From Anaerolineae bacterium (lineage in GTDB: Bacteria > Chloroflexota > Anaerolineae > JACIWR01): a stretch of 64,000 nt of DNA. The translations under genes and the position numbers were made by a program. The notes below the pieces were generated by a model. That model was not told the DNA's origin. It made no database searches and saw only the letters and a program-made list of their open reading frames with translations. Positions 43,301-50,948 of this stretch are shown in pieces. Each line of letters starts with the position of its first letter. Within the stretch, counting starts at the first letter, position 1. The DNA lies in NCBI GenBank assembly GCA_024653325.1, contig JANLFX010000001.1, positions 10,228 through 74,227 on the forward strand, given 5' to 3'.

Positions 43301-44869
43301 TACACCTGCTCTCAGGACACGCAGCAGCGCATCAAGGAGCGCATCGAGGAGTACGGGCTGAACCGCGTGGTGGTGGCTTCCTGCACGCCGCGCACTCACG
43401 AGCCCCTGTTCCAGGATACGCTCCGCGAGGCCGGGCTGAACCCTTACTTCTTCGAGATGACCAATCTGCGCGAGCAGGATTCGTGGGTGCACCGTGCTTT
43501 TCCGGAACTGGCCACGCTCAAGGCCAAGGAGCTGGTGCAGATGGCGGTGGCCAAAGCGCGATGGCTGCGGCCCTTACCCCGCCTGCGTTTCGACCTGGTG
43601 CACAGTGCCCTGGTCATCGGCGGGGGGCTTTCCGGGATGACGGCGGCGCTGTCCATCGCCGACCAGGGCTATCCGGTGCATCTGGTGGAACGGGAGCCGG
43701 AGCTGGGCGGTCATCTGCGGCATATCCACTACGGCCTCGGCGAAGAGGACCCTCAGCGTCTGTTGCGCGAGACCATCGCGCGCGTGGAAAGCCATCCGCG
43801 CATCCATGTTTACAAGAACAGCGAGATAACGGACATCTCCGGCTACGTGGGCAAGTTCCAGACCACGCTGGCTTCCATGGACGGCCAGCAGACCACGGTG
43901 GAGCATGGGGTGGTAGTGGTGGCCACGGGGGCCAAAGCGGTGGAGCCGACCTCGTATTTGTACGGCCAGGACGAGCGGGTGCTGACCCAAGTGGAGCTAG
44001 AGGAGCGATTGGCCCAGAAAGACGGGTCGCTGGCTCAGGCGGACACGGTGGTCATGATCCAGTGCGTGGAGTCCCGGGACGAGCAACGCCCCTATTGCAG
44101 CCGCATCTGCTGTTCGCAAGCCATCAAGAACGCGCTGCGCCTCAAGGAGTTGAACCCGCGGGCCCGCGTCTACGTCCTTTACCGCGACATTCGCGCCTAC
44201 GGCTTCCGTGAGCTATACTACCAGCAGGCTCGCCAGGCGGGAGTGGTCTTCCTCCCATATGACGCGGAGGACAAGCCCCGTGTGGAAGTGGCGGATGGGC
44301 GGCTACGGGTAGAAGCGACCATGGTGGGCATGGTGGGCATGGCGGGTGAGGTGCTGACGTTGGAGCCCGATTACCTGGTCCTCAGCACCGGCATTGAACC
44401 GGGCGACAACAGCGCGCTGGCCCAGTTGTTGAAGGTGCCTCTCAACGAGGACGGTTTCTTCCTGGAGGCGCATGTCAAGCTGCGGCCTCTGGATTTCGCC
44501 GTGGACGGGGTGTATTTGTGTGGCCTGGCCCATTCCCCGAAGTCGGTTGAGGAGTCCATGGCCCAGGCCCACGGGGCAGCCATTCGGGCAGTGACCATGC
44601 TCTCCCGCGAGTACATCGAGACCCCGGGCACGGTGGCCACCGTCAATGAGCGGCTGTGCAGCGGCTGCGGGTTGTGCGTCGCCGCCTGTCCCTACGACGC
44701 GCGCCGGATAGATGAGGAGCGGCACATCGCTGAGGTCATCACCGTGCTCTGCCAGGGATGCGGGGCCTGCGTGGTGGCCTGTCCCAACGGAGCCAGTCAG
44801 CACCTCGGTTTCGAAATGCGGCAGGAATTGGCTAAAATAGATGCGGCGCTGAGTTATGCGGAGGCGTGA
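40382..44869 (+). CDS. Giant fusion oxidoreductase: an HdrA-like FAD domain split by a GltD/NfnB-like NAD(P)H-flavin module, followed by a second complete HdrA-like unit
   Basis: 1495 aa with a TTG start after AGAGGTG. HdrA FAD motif VVGGGIGGMQAALDLAGAGF. Ferredoxin CTGCGDCAQACP. GltD-type CRHACPIH...GRICNHRCEDECSR and IAIVGSGPAGLTAAHDL. Also CLSCGICSECLECVYAC and CIGSRD...YCSAVCCMY. The second unit has VFICHCGINIGAVVDV, LVIGGGLSGMTAALSIADQGY and a C-terminal CSGCGLCVAACP...CQGCGACVVACP. Confidence 0.75.
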   Translation: MGSESDSVVRSDSVVGAVLVVGGGIGGMQAALDLAGAGFKVYLLEEKPAIGGIMAQLDKTFPTNDCAMCIMSPKLVECGRHLNIEIITGAELQELRGQPGNFTAVVHQRARFVDLDKCTGCGDCAQACPVKLPDLFNAGLAERKAIYKLYPQATPNAYAIEKRGTSPCRHACPIHQRAQGYIALIREQRYAEAYRVIKEDNPFPAICGRICNHRCEDECSRNKVDEPISIMALKRFVVDRVQDMEREPITPPQRIHEERIAIVGSGPAGLTAAHDLVKMGYGVTVFEALPVAGGMMRVGVPEYRLPAKLIQREIDDILALGVELKLNTRVDDVDALLKDGYAAVFLAVGAHQGRKLRIPGADLPGVLLNTDFLRQVRLGERPALGERVLVLGGGNVAVDVARTAVRLGAKEVYMSCLEGRESMPAHPWEIAEAEEEGVRIFPGRTFKEIVARDGRVAGVRCWEVDFRGFTADGRLDMDEFPETEHIIEADTVIFAIGQMPDLRLLGEDGQIRMTRQRTIEVDPETLVTGKPGVFAGGDVVTGTAFVVEAIAAGHKAARSIDRFLRGEELGAREPVLQPKVELSAEEIRERLEQGDIVPRPRARARNLPVEERVNNFCEVSLGLSEEEALAEAQRCLSCGICSECLECVYACKAGAVNHEMTDQVRELNVGAVILTPGVELFDARLKGEYGYGYYPNVVTSIEFERILSASGPFGGHVQRPSDGKEPKRIAWLQCIGSRDAACGQDYCSAVCCMYAIKETIIAKEHLPGVETTVFFLDIRAFGKDFDKYYETARTRHGVRFIRSFVSSVKQVPGTKNLRITYVGEDGELREEEFDLVVLSVGLRPTASAQEMARRLGLQLNRFGFCESEAFAPTETTRPGVFVAGAFGEPKDIPETVVEASCAAAHASRLLAPARGTLTRVKEYPPERDVSDEEPRVGVFICHCGINIGAVVDVPQVVEYAKTLPGVAYAEHNLYTCSQDTQQRIKERIEEYGLNRVVVASCTPRTHEPLFQDTLREAGLNPYFFEMTNLREQDSWVHRAFPELATLKAKELVQMAVAKARWLRPLPRLRFDLVHSALVIGGGLSGMTAALSIADQGYPVHLVEREPELGGHLRHIHYGLGEEDPQRLLRETIARVESHPRIHVYKNSEITDISGYVGKFQTTLASMDGQQTTVEHGVVVVATGAKAVEPTSYLYGQDERVLTQVELEERLAQKDGSLAQADTVVMIQCVESRDEQRPYCSRICCSQAIKNALRLKELNPRARVYVLYRDIRAYGFRELYYQQARQAGVVFLPYDAEDKPRVEVADGRLRVEATMVGMVGMAGEVLTLEPDYLVLSTGIEPGDNSALAQLLKVPLNEDGFFLEAHVKLRPLDFAVDGVYLCGLAHSPKSVEESMAQAHGAAIRAVTMLSREYIETPGTVATVNERLCSGCGLCVAACPYDARRIDEERHIAEVITVLCQGCGACVVACPNGASQHLGFEMRQELAKIDAALSYAEA

Positions 44870-44913
44870 AACGTGAGAACGTGAAACGCGAAACGTGAAG
44901 CGTAAAACGTAAG
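44864..44913. repeat. Degenerate tandem repeat (GTGAAACG-like unit, about 6 copies) overlapping the stop of the giant hdrA gene
   Basis: GTGAAACGTGAGAACGTGAAACGCGAAACGTGAAGCGTAAAACGTAAG. Confidence 0.75.
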
Positions 44914-44921
44914 GGGGCACA

Positions 44922-46478
44922 ATGTCCGGAAAATACATCATCGCCCACGATGTGGGCACGGGTGGCAGTAAGGCCGTGTTGATTGACACGGAAGCGAACG
45001 TGTTGGGCAGCATCTTTGAGCCCTATCCGGTGTATTATCCTCGCTCGGATTGGGCGGAACAGGACCCGGAAGACTGGTGGCGGGCAGTGACGGGCAGTAC
45101 CCGGCAACTGCTGGAGAAATACGATGTCCGGCCAGAGGATGTGCTGTGTACCACTTTCACCACGCAAATGCTGGGCATCTTACCCATGGACGAAGCGGGC
45201 CAGTGTTTGCAGCGAGCGATCATCTGGCTGGATGCGCGCGGCGGACGACAGGCCAGGCGGGCAATGCGTCGCCTGTTGCATCCCGGTATTTTCGCCGCTG
45301 TGGCCGGGGCGCGGCTCTCCGGCAAGGACTGGATCCCCAAGATATGGTGGCTGCGGGAGAACATGCCGGGGCTTTATGCGCAGACGGCCAAAATTCTCGA
45401 CGTGAACGGCTATCTGTTGTATCGGGCCACGGACGAGATGGTGATTGACTGGACTGAAGCTTCCGTGACCGGGATGTTTGACCTGGGTAAAAAGACCTGG
45501 GACCCGCTGATTATCTCATTGTTCGGTCTGCCGCTGGAGAAAATGCCGGAGCTGAAAAGCCCTGTGGAAACTGTGGGCGCCGGATTGACGGCCGAGGCCG
45601 CGCACGAGTTCGGGTTACTGGCCGGTACACCGGTGATCGCCGGAGCAGGGGATGCACTGACTGCGGCAGTGGGTTCGGCGGCAGTGGAGGAAGGGGATCA
45701 ACACGTATACCTGGGCACTTCCAGTTGGATAGGGGTGATTATCGGCAAGAAAGTTACCGGTAAAAGCGGCATCGCCACCATCCAGGCTGCCGATCCGACT
45801 AAGAATTTCCTGTATGCCGAGAACGAAACGGCTGGCGCGTGTCTCAAGTGGATTGCTGACGAGTTTTACCGCGCCGAGCAGGCGGACCCGACAATAGAAA
45901 ACGTGTACGCGCTGATGGATGCCGATGTGCAACGCATTGAACCTGGTTCCAACTATCTTATCTTCACCCCGTGGATGTACGGCGAACGGGCACCGATTGA
46001 CGACATCTACGTCCGCTCTACTTTCTTTAACTTGAGCGCGGACCACAAACGTGAGCATCTGCTGCGGGCAGTGTATGAAGGAGTAGCCTACAACTTGCGC
46101 TGGGCCTTTGACCTGCTTAGCCAGAAGTTTCACCACTGGCAGGATACCGTGCGCATCGTCGGCGGTGGGGCGCGGGGCGATCCCTGGCTGCAAATCATCG
46201 CCGACGTGACGAAAAAGCACGTGGAACGGGTGGCCAATCCGCAGGAGGCCGGGGCTGTGGGCGCGGCGATGGTTGCCGCCATCGGATTGGGCATCTATCC
46301 CGATTTCTCTTCGCTCAAGAAAGTGGTGAAGGTCACTGATGTCTTTGAACCGCAGGAGTGCAATGAGGATATATACGATCGCCTTTACCAGGGATACAGG
46401 CAGGTGTACAAGGCTCTGCGCAAGTTGTACCGCAGGATTAACGAAGAGAGGTTCCGTGGGACGGAAGTGAGTGGGTAG
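44922..46478 (+). CDS. FGGY-family carbohydrate kinase
   Basis: 518 aa with the N-terminal IIAHDVGTGGSKAVLID and a C-terminal FGGY_C region (GGGARGDPWLQIIADV). Confidence 0.8.
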   Translation: MSGKYIIAHDVGTGGSKAVLIDTEANVLGSIFEPYPVYYPRSDWAEQDPEDWWRAVTGSTRQLLEKYDVRPEDVLCTTFTTQMLGILPMDEAGQCLQRAIIWLDARGGRQARRAMRRLLHPGIFAAVAGARLSGKDWIPKIWWLRENMPGLYAQTAKILDVNGYLLYRATDEMVIDWTEASVTGMFDLGKKTWDPLIISLFGLPLEKMPELKSPVETVGAGLTAEAAHEFGLLAGTPVIAGAGDALTAAVGSAAVEEGDQHVYLGTSSWIGVIIGKKVTGKSGIATIQAADPTKNFLYAENETAGACLKWIADEFYRAEQADPTIENVYALMDADVQRIEPGSNYLIFTPWMYGERAPIDDIYVRSTFFNLSADHKREHLLRAVYEGVAYNLRWAFDLLSQKFHHWQDTVRIVGGGARGDPWLQIIADVTKKHVERVANPQEAGAVGAAMVAAIGLGIYPDFSSLKKVVKVTDVFEPQECNEDIYDRLYQGYRQVYKALRKLYRRINEERFRGTEVSG

Positions 46479-46529
46479 GGAACACGTCCCGTACATAGAG
46501 AGTGAAAAGGATTTAAGGAGAGTGTGACT

Positions 46530-47834
46530 ATGCTTACAGGTGTTGACGTTAAGTCGCTGCCGTTGGCGCTGCCCGATGGTGTGGATTACGACGAATACAT
46601 CATCGGCACGTATTTGGTGTCCTATCCGAAGAAGATTTCCGTGCCCAAAATGGCCCCGGCCCTGGCCATCGAGCAGAGCACGGGGACCTGGGTACCCGTT
46701 CCAGGGGAGACGCCGGAAGTGCGCCGTAAGCATGTGGCCAGGGTCATCGGGGTGTACGAAGTGCCCGATTACGAGTATGGGCTACCGCCGGAGGTGGAGG
46801 AGCGCACTTACGTCATCCAGATCGCTTTCCCGGTGGTCAACATCGGCGCGCAGATACCGATGCTGCTGACTACCGTCATCGGCAATATCTCCATGGCCGG
46901 CAAGCTCAAGCTGGTAGACGTGCGCTTTCCCAAGAAGTACGTGGACGGCTTCAAAGGGCCGAAGTTCGGCATCCCTGGCGTGCGTCAAATACTGGGCGTC
47001 CCCAAGCGACCGTTGTTGAATAACATGATCAAGCCTTGCACCGGGTACACGCCGGAGGTTGGCGTGGAACTGTTCCGGGCGGCGGCGCTGGGTGGCTGCG
47101 ACATTATCAAAGATGACGAACTGCTGGCCGATGCCTCGTTCAACCGCGTGCTGGCCCGGGTCAAGTTGTACATGGAGGCCGAACGCCAGGTTTACGAGGA
47201 AACCGGCGAACACACTTTGTACACGGTCAACGTTTCCGATGAGATTCCCCAGGTGTTCGAGAACGCCAGGCGGGCGGTGGAGCTGGGTTGCAACGCGATC
47301 ATGGTCAACTTCCTGGCCGTGGGCCTCCCCGTACTACGGGCCCTGGCCGAGGACCCGGCCATCAACGTGCCCATTCTCGCGCATATGGATGTGGCCGGCG
47401 CGTTTTATGAATCGCCGTGGCACGGGATCAGCTCGCACATCGTGCTGGGCAAGCTGCCGCGTCTGGCCGGAGCCGACATCGTGGTTTTCCCCGCACCATA
47501 CGGCAAGGCTCCCGTGCTGCCGGAGAAGTTCGTGAACGTGGCCAAGAATCTGAGCTTCCCATTGTATAACCTGAAACCGGCTTTTCCCATGCCCAGTGGA
47601 GGTATTACCCCGGCCATGGTGCCGCAGGTGATCAAAGACTTGGGGACTGAGATCGTGATTGGGTCAGGTGGAGGCATCCACGCTCACCCGCACGGGCCCA
47701 TCGCCGGAGCCAAAGCCTTCCGCCAGGCTATTGATGCTACCATGCAAGGGCGTCCGCTGGAGGATGCGGCGGCCGAATTTGAGGAGCTGCGCGTGGCGTT
47801 GGAAACCTGGCAGGAACCGTTTATTTCATTCTGA
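46530..47834 (+). CDS. RuBisCO-like protein (form IV RuBisCO large-subunit homolog)
   Basis: ATG 46530 lies 9 nt after AAGGAG. The track GTG at 46524 is too close to the SD. Large-subunit fold motifs PCTGYTPEVGVELFRAAALGGCDIIKDDE. Lacks a canonical carboxylase context. Confidence 0.7.
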   Translation: MLTGVDVKSLPLALPDGVDYDEYIIGTYLVSYPKKISVPKMAPALAIEQSTGTWVPVPGETPEVRRKHVARVIGVYEVPDYEYGLPPEVEERTYVIQIAFPVVNIGAQIPMLLTTVIGNISMAGKLKLVDVRFPKKYVDGFKGPKFGIPGVRQILGVPKRPLLNNMIKPCTGYTPEVGVELFRAAALGGCDIIKDDELLADASFNRVLARVKLYMEAERQVYEETGEHTLYTVNVSDEIPQVFENARRAVELGCNAIMVNFLAVGLPVLRALAEDPAINVPILAHMDVAGAFYESPWHGISSHIVLGKLPRLAGADIVVFPAPYGKAPVLPEKFVNVAKNLSFPLYNLKPAFPMPSGGITPAMVPQVIKDLGTEIVIGSGGGIHAHPHGPIAGAKAFRQAIDATMQGRPLEDAAAEFEELRVALETWQEPFISF

Positions 47835-47854
47835 AGCTGAAAGGAGGACGCGAG

Positions 47855-48508
47855 ATGTTAGTCTATGATCGAATGAGCCGCCATCCTATCACTGTAAATC
47901 CTGATGTGCCTATTGACGAAGCCCTGCACATTATGCGCGAGAACAAAGTGCGCCGTCTGCCGGTGGTGGATAAGCAGGGCAAACTGGTGGGTATCGTCTC
48001 GGAAAAGGATCTGCTGTATGCGTCACCCTCACCGGCCACCTCGCTCAGCATCCATGAGATCCACTACCTGGTCTCCAAGATCAAGGTCGCCGACGTGATG
48101 ACCAAAGAGGTGATCACCGTTGGGGAAAATGCCCCCCTGGAGGAAGCGGCACGGATCATGGCCGATCACAAGATCGGTGGCTTGCCGGTCATGCGCGACG
48201 GAACGCTCGTCGGTATCATCACCGAGACAGACCTGTTCAAAATCTTCCTCGAGCTGCTGGGGGCGCGGGAAGAGGGAGTGCGGCTGACGATGTTGATACC
48301 TGAACGGCCCGGCACACTGGCAACCATCACCCGTAATATTGCCGAAATGGGTGGCAATATTGTTTCACTGGGCACGTTCCTGGGTGAGGATCCTACCAAC
48401 CGTCTGATCACCGTCAAGGTGGCGGGCGTGCCCCAGGAAGAACTGGTGCGCAACATGACAGCGCTGGGCATGGAAATCGTAGACGCGAGGATGTGCCAGC
48501 GCTGTTAG
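47855..48508 (+). CDS. CBS-pair plus ACT domain protein
   Basis: Two CBS motifs, HPITVNPDVPIDEALHIMRENKVRRLPVV and VMTKEVITVGENAPLEEAARIMADHKIGGLPVM, and a C-terminal ACT-like segment. Confidence 0.75.
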   Translation: MLVYDRMSRHPITVNPDVPIDEALHIMRENKVRRLPVVDKQGKLVGIVSEKDLLYASPSPATSLSIHEIHYLVSKIKVADVMTKEVITVGENAPLEEAARIMADHKIGGLPVMRDGTLVGIITETDLFKIFLELLGAREEGVRLTMLIPERPGTLATITRNIAEMGGNIVSLGTFLGEDPTNRLITVKVAGVPQEELVRNMTALGMEIVDARMCQRC

Positions 48509-48665
48509 CGGCGCCTTATCTCACACCGACGTAACTGCTCACCGCCGAGGCGCAGAGAGCGCAGAGGAAAAAAAGATTTGCAGGATTATTCCTGTGCTAC
48601 GCCTCTCTGCATGCCGCGGTGGGAACTTGGCTTGGGTGTTGTAGCATATGGACGAGGAGTGATTC

Positions 48666-49088
48666 ATGTCCGAATTTGAGCCGCGCATAGTTGCCTTTCT
48701 GTGCAACTGGTGTACCTACACCGGCGCAGATCTGGCCGGCACCTCACGCATTCAATACCCGCCCAACGTGCGCATCATCCGTCTGATGTGTTCCGGGGGA
48801 TTAGACCCCATCTACGTGACCAAAGCCCTGCTGGAAGGGGCCGACGGCGTGCTTATCGGGGGTTGCCATCCGGGAGATTGCCACTATCAAAGCGGTAACT
48901 ACAAGGCCAGGCGGCGGGTGGCTATTCTCAAAAGCATCCTGGAGCAATTGGGCTTCGATCCCGACCGGGTGTGGCTGCGATGGATCAGTGCCAGCGAGGG
49001 CCAATACTTCGCCGAGACGGTGACGGAGATGGTCGCTGCCCTGAAGGAAAAGGGGCCCAATCCTATGCGCAATCTATGGGGTATGTGA
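48666..49088 (+). CDS. mvhD: MvhD/FlxD-like iron-sulfur protein (methyl-viologen-reducing hydrogenase delta-subunit family)
   Basis: VAFLCNWCTYTGADLAG...IRLMCSGGLDP...GADGVLIGGCHPGDCHY. Confidence 0.75.
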   Translation: MSEFEPRIVAFLCNWCTYTGADLAGTSRIQYPPNVRIIRLMCSGGLDPIYVTKALLEGADGVLIGGCHPGDCHYQSGNYKARRRVAILKSILEQLGFDPDRVWLRWISASEGQYFAETVTEMVAALKEKGPNPMRNLWGM

Positions 49089-49107
49089 GAATCACCGAGG
49101 TAGAAAT

Positions 49108-50238
49108 ATGCCGCTAAACGCTGTGCTTGAGGTCGAAGATAACATACTGGCCACCCTGGACACTTTCCTGCGAGGTCTTTTGGAGCACGGGGTAGTGGAG
49201 TACTTGCTAGTGCCCCAGGCAACATTGGCCGGTGATAATGTGGTACAAACGCTGGTGCACGATATGTCGCGCTTGCAGGCGGTGAATCCGGTGGCTCCGG
49301 TCTTGCCCGTCAATTCCGCCAAGCTGGTCTCTAAGTTGACGGTCAAGGGCGCGCCACGCCCGGTAGGGGTTGTGTTGCGCACCTGCGAACTCCGTGCTTT
49401 GGTGGAACTGGTCAAGTTGCAGCAGGCCAGCCTGGAGAACGTGACGGTCATCGTCGTGGACTGCCTGGGCACATACGAGGTGGCCGATTATGCTGCTTTG
49501 GTAGCGGCAGGCTGCGATCCCACGGCGGAGTTGTTGGCTCAGGTGAGGGATGGTGACCTGCATCCTCATGGAGGCTACAGCTTCCGTGCGGCCTGTCAGA
49601 TGTGCGAGTATCCTGTGCCCGATGTGGCGGATGTGCATGGGCCGGATATTCACCTGGGCTTGTTGGGCATGGATGGGCGGGTGTTGGTGACGGTGCGCGA
49701 TGACCTAGCGGAGCCTTTGGGATTGACACCGACCGCGATACCGGAGGGACGCAAGACCGTGGTCGAGGAGTTGATCCGCCGGCGGGCAGCCGAGCGCGAC
49801 CGGCGTTTCGCCGAGTTCCGCTCCCGGGTGAACGATGTAGAGGGTCTGTTGGCCCAATTTTCCACCTGCATTCGCTGTCACAACTGCATGGTAGCCTGTC
49901 CCATTTGCTACTGCAAGGAGTGTATTGCGCGCACAACTACTTTCGATCACGAGCCACGCCAATATTTTGAGTGGGCGGAACGGAAGGGCGTTGTGCGGAT
50001 GCCGGTGGATACCCTTATGTTCCACCTCACCCGCCTGAACCACATGGCGACCTCGTGCGTGGGCTGTGGCATGTGCACCAGCGCCTGCCCGAATGACATT
50101 CCGGTGAGCACGATTTTCCGTGCTGTCGGCGAGAAAGTGCAGGCTATTTTCGACTATGTTCCGGGGCGCAGTCTGGAAGAAGAGCTGCCCCTGGCGACGT
50201 TCCGCGAGGATGAGTTGACGGAGCTTGGAGAAAAATAG
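49108..50238 (+). CDS. FrhB/FdhB-family Fe-S flavoprotein-like subunit (F420-hydrogenase beta-like) with a C-terminal 2x[4Fe-4S] ferredoxin
   Basis: CIRCHNCMVACPICYCKEC and CVGCGMCTSACPNDIP. The N-terminal part has the FrhB_FdhB_N-like pattern. Confidence 0.6.
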   Translation: MPLNAVLEVEDNILATLDTFLRGLLEHGVVEYLLVPQATLAGDNVVQTLVHDMSRLQAVNPVAPVLPVNSAKLVSKLTVKGAPRPVGVVLRTCELRALVELVKLQQASLENVTVIVVDCLGTYEVADYAALVAAGCDPTAELLAQVRDGDLHPHGGYSFRAACQMCEYPVPDVADVHGPDIHLGLLGMDGRVLVTVRDDLAEPLGLTPTAIPEGRKTVVEELIRRRAAERDRRFAEFRSRVNDVEGLLAQFSTCIRCHNCMVACPICYCKECIARTTTFDHEPRQYFEWAERKGVVRMPVDTLMFHLTRLNHMATSCVGCGMCTSACPNDIPVSTIFRAVGEKVQAIFDYVPGRSLEEELPLATFREDELTELGEK

Positions 50239-50251
50239 TGGGGAGGTTATC

Positions 50252-50932
50252 ATGTCCGAGGAACTGATTCCGATTTACATCATGGGTAAACAATACATGG
50301 TGCCGCCTACATTGACGATTATGAAAGCTATGGAGTATGCCGGCTATCAGCTAATTCGAGGTGTGGGCTGCCGGGGCGGGTTCTGCGGAGCCTGCGCTAC
50401 AGTATATCGTCTGCCCGGCGATTATCGTTTGCAAATTGGCCTGGCCTGCCAGACCGTGGTCCAACCGGGCATGTACCTGGCGCAGATTCCCTTTTTCCCG
50501 GCGCAACGGGCGGCCTATCGTTTGCATGAACTGCAACCCACTTTCCAGACGTTATTCACCCTTTATCCGGAACTGATGCGTTGTCTTAGCTGCGGTACCT
50601 GCACCAAAGCATGTCCGCAGGACATTGATGTCAAGCAATACATGGCCGATGCCATGCGCGGCGACATCCACGCCGTGGCCGATCGCTCTTTCGATTGCAT
50701 CATGTGCGGGTTGTGCGCTGCTCGCTGCCCGGCTGAGGAAGCACAGTACAACATCGCTATTCTCTGCCGCCGCTTGTACGGCAAATATCTGGCTCCTAAA
50801 GCGAAGCACCTACTCGAACGGGTAAAAGAGGTTGAAGAAGGGAAGTGGGATGCAGCAGTGGAGGAATTGAAGGGCCTGAGCGAGGAAGAACTGCGCAAGC
50901 GGTACAATGCGCGAGATATAGAGCCGGAATGA
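50252..50932 (+). CDS. Succinate dehydrogenase/fumarate reductase iron-sulfur subunit
   Basis: ATG 50252 follows GGGGAGG. The N-terminal 2Fe-2S region is GVGCRGGFCGACA. C-terminal clusters are CLSCGTCTKACP and CIMCGLCAARCP. Confidence 0.8.
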   Translation: MSEELIPIYIMGKQYMVPPTLTIMKAMEYAGYQLIRGVGCRGGFCGACATVYRLPGDYRLQIGLACQTVVQPGMYLAQIPFFPAQRAAYRLHELQPTFQTLFTLYPELMRCLSCGTCTKACPQDIDVKQYMADAMRGDIHAVADRSFDCIMCGLCAARCPAEEAQYNIAILCRRLYGKYLAPKAKHLLERVKEVEEGKWDAAVEELKGLSEEELRKRYNARDIEPE

Positions 50933-50948
50933 GATAGGAGACGGGGAC

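Noticed and set aside
40418-43492. 1024-aa minus-strand ORF, plus the 504-aa, 317-aa, 302-aa and 256-aa antisense ORFs across the hdr genes
   Set aside because: They are antisense to genes with unambiguous HdrA/HdrB/GltD motifs. Long stop-free antisense frames are expected at this GC content. They show no RBS and no recognisable domains.
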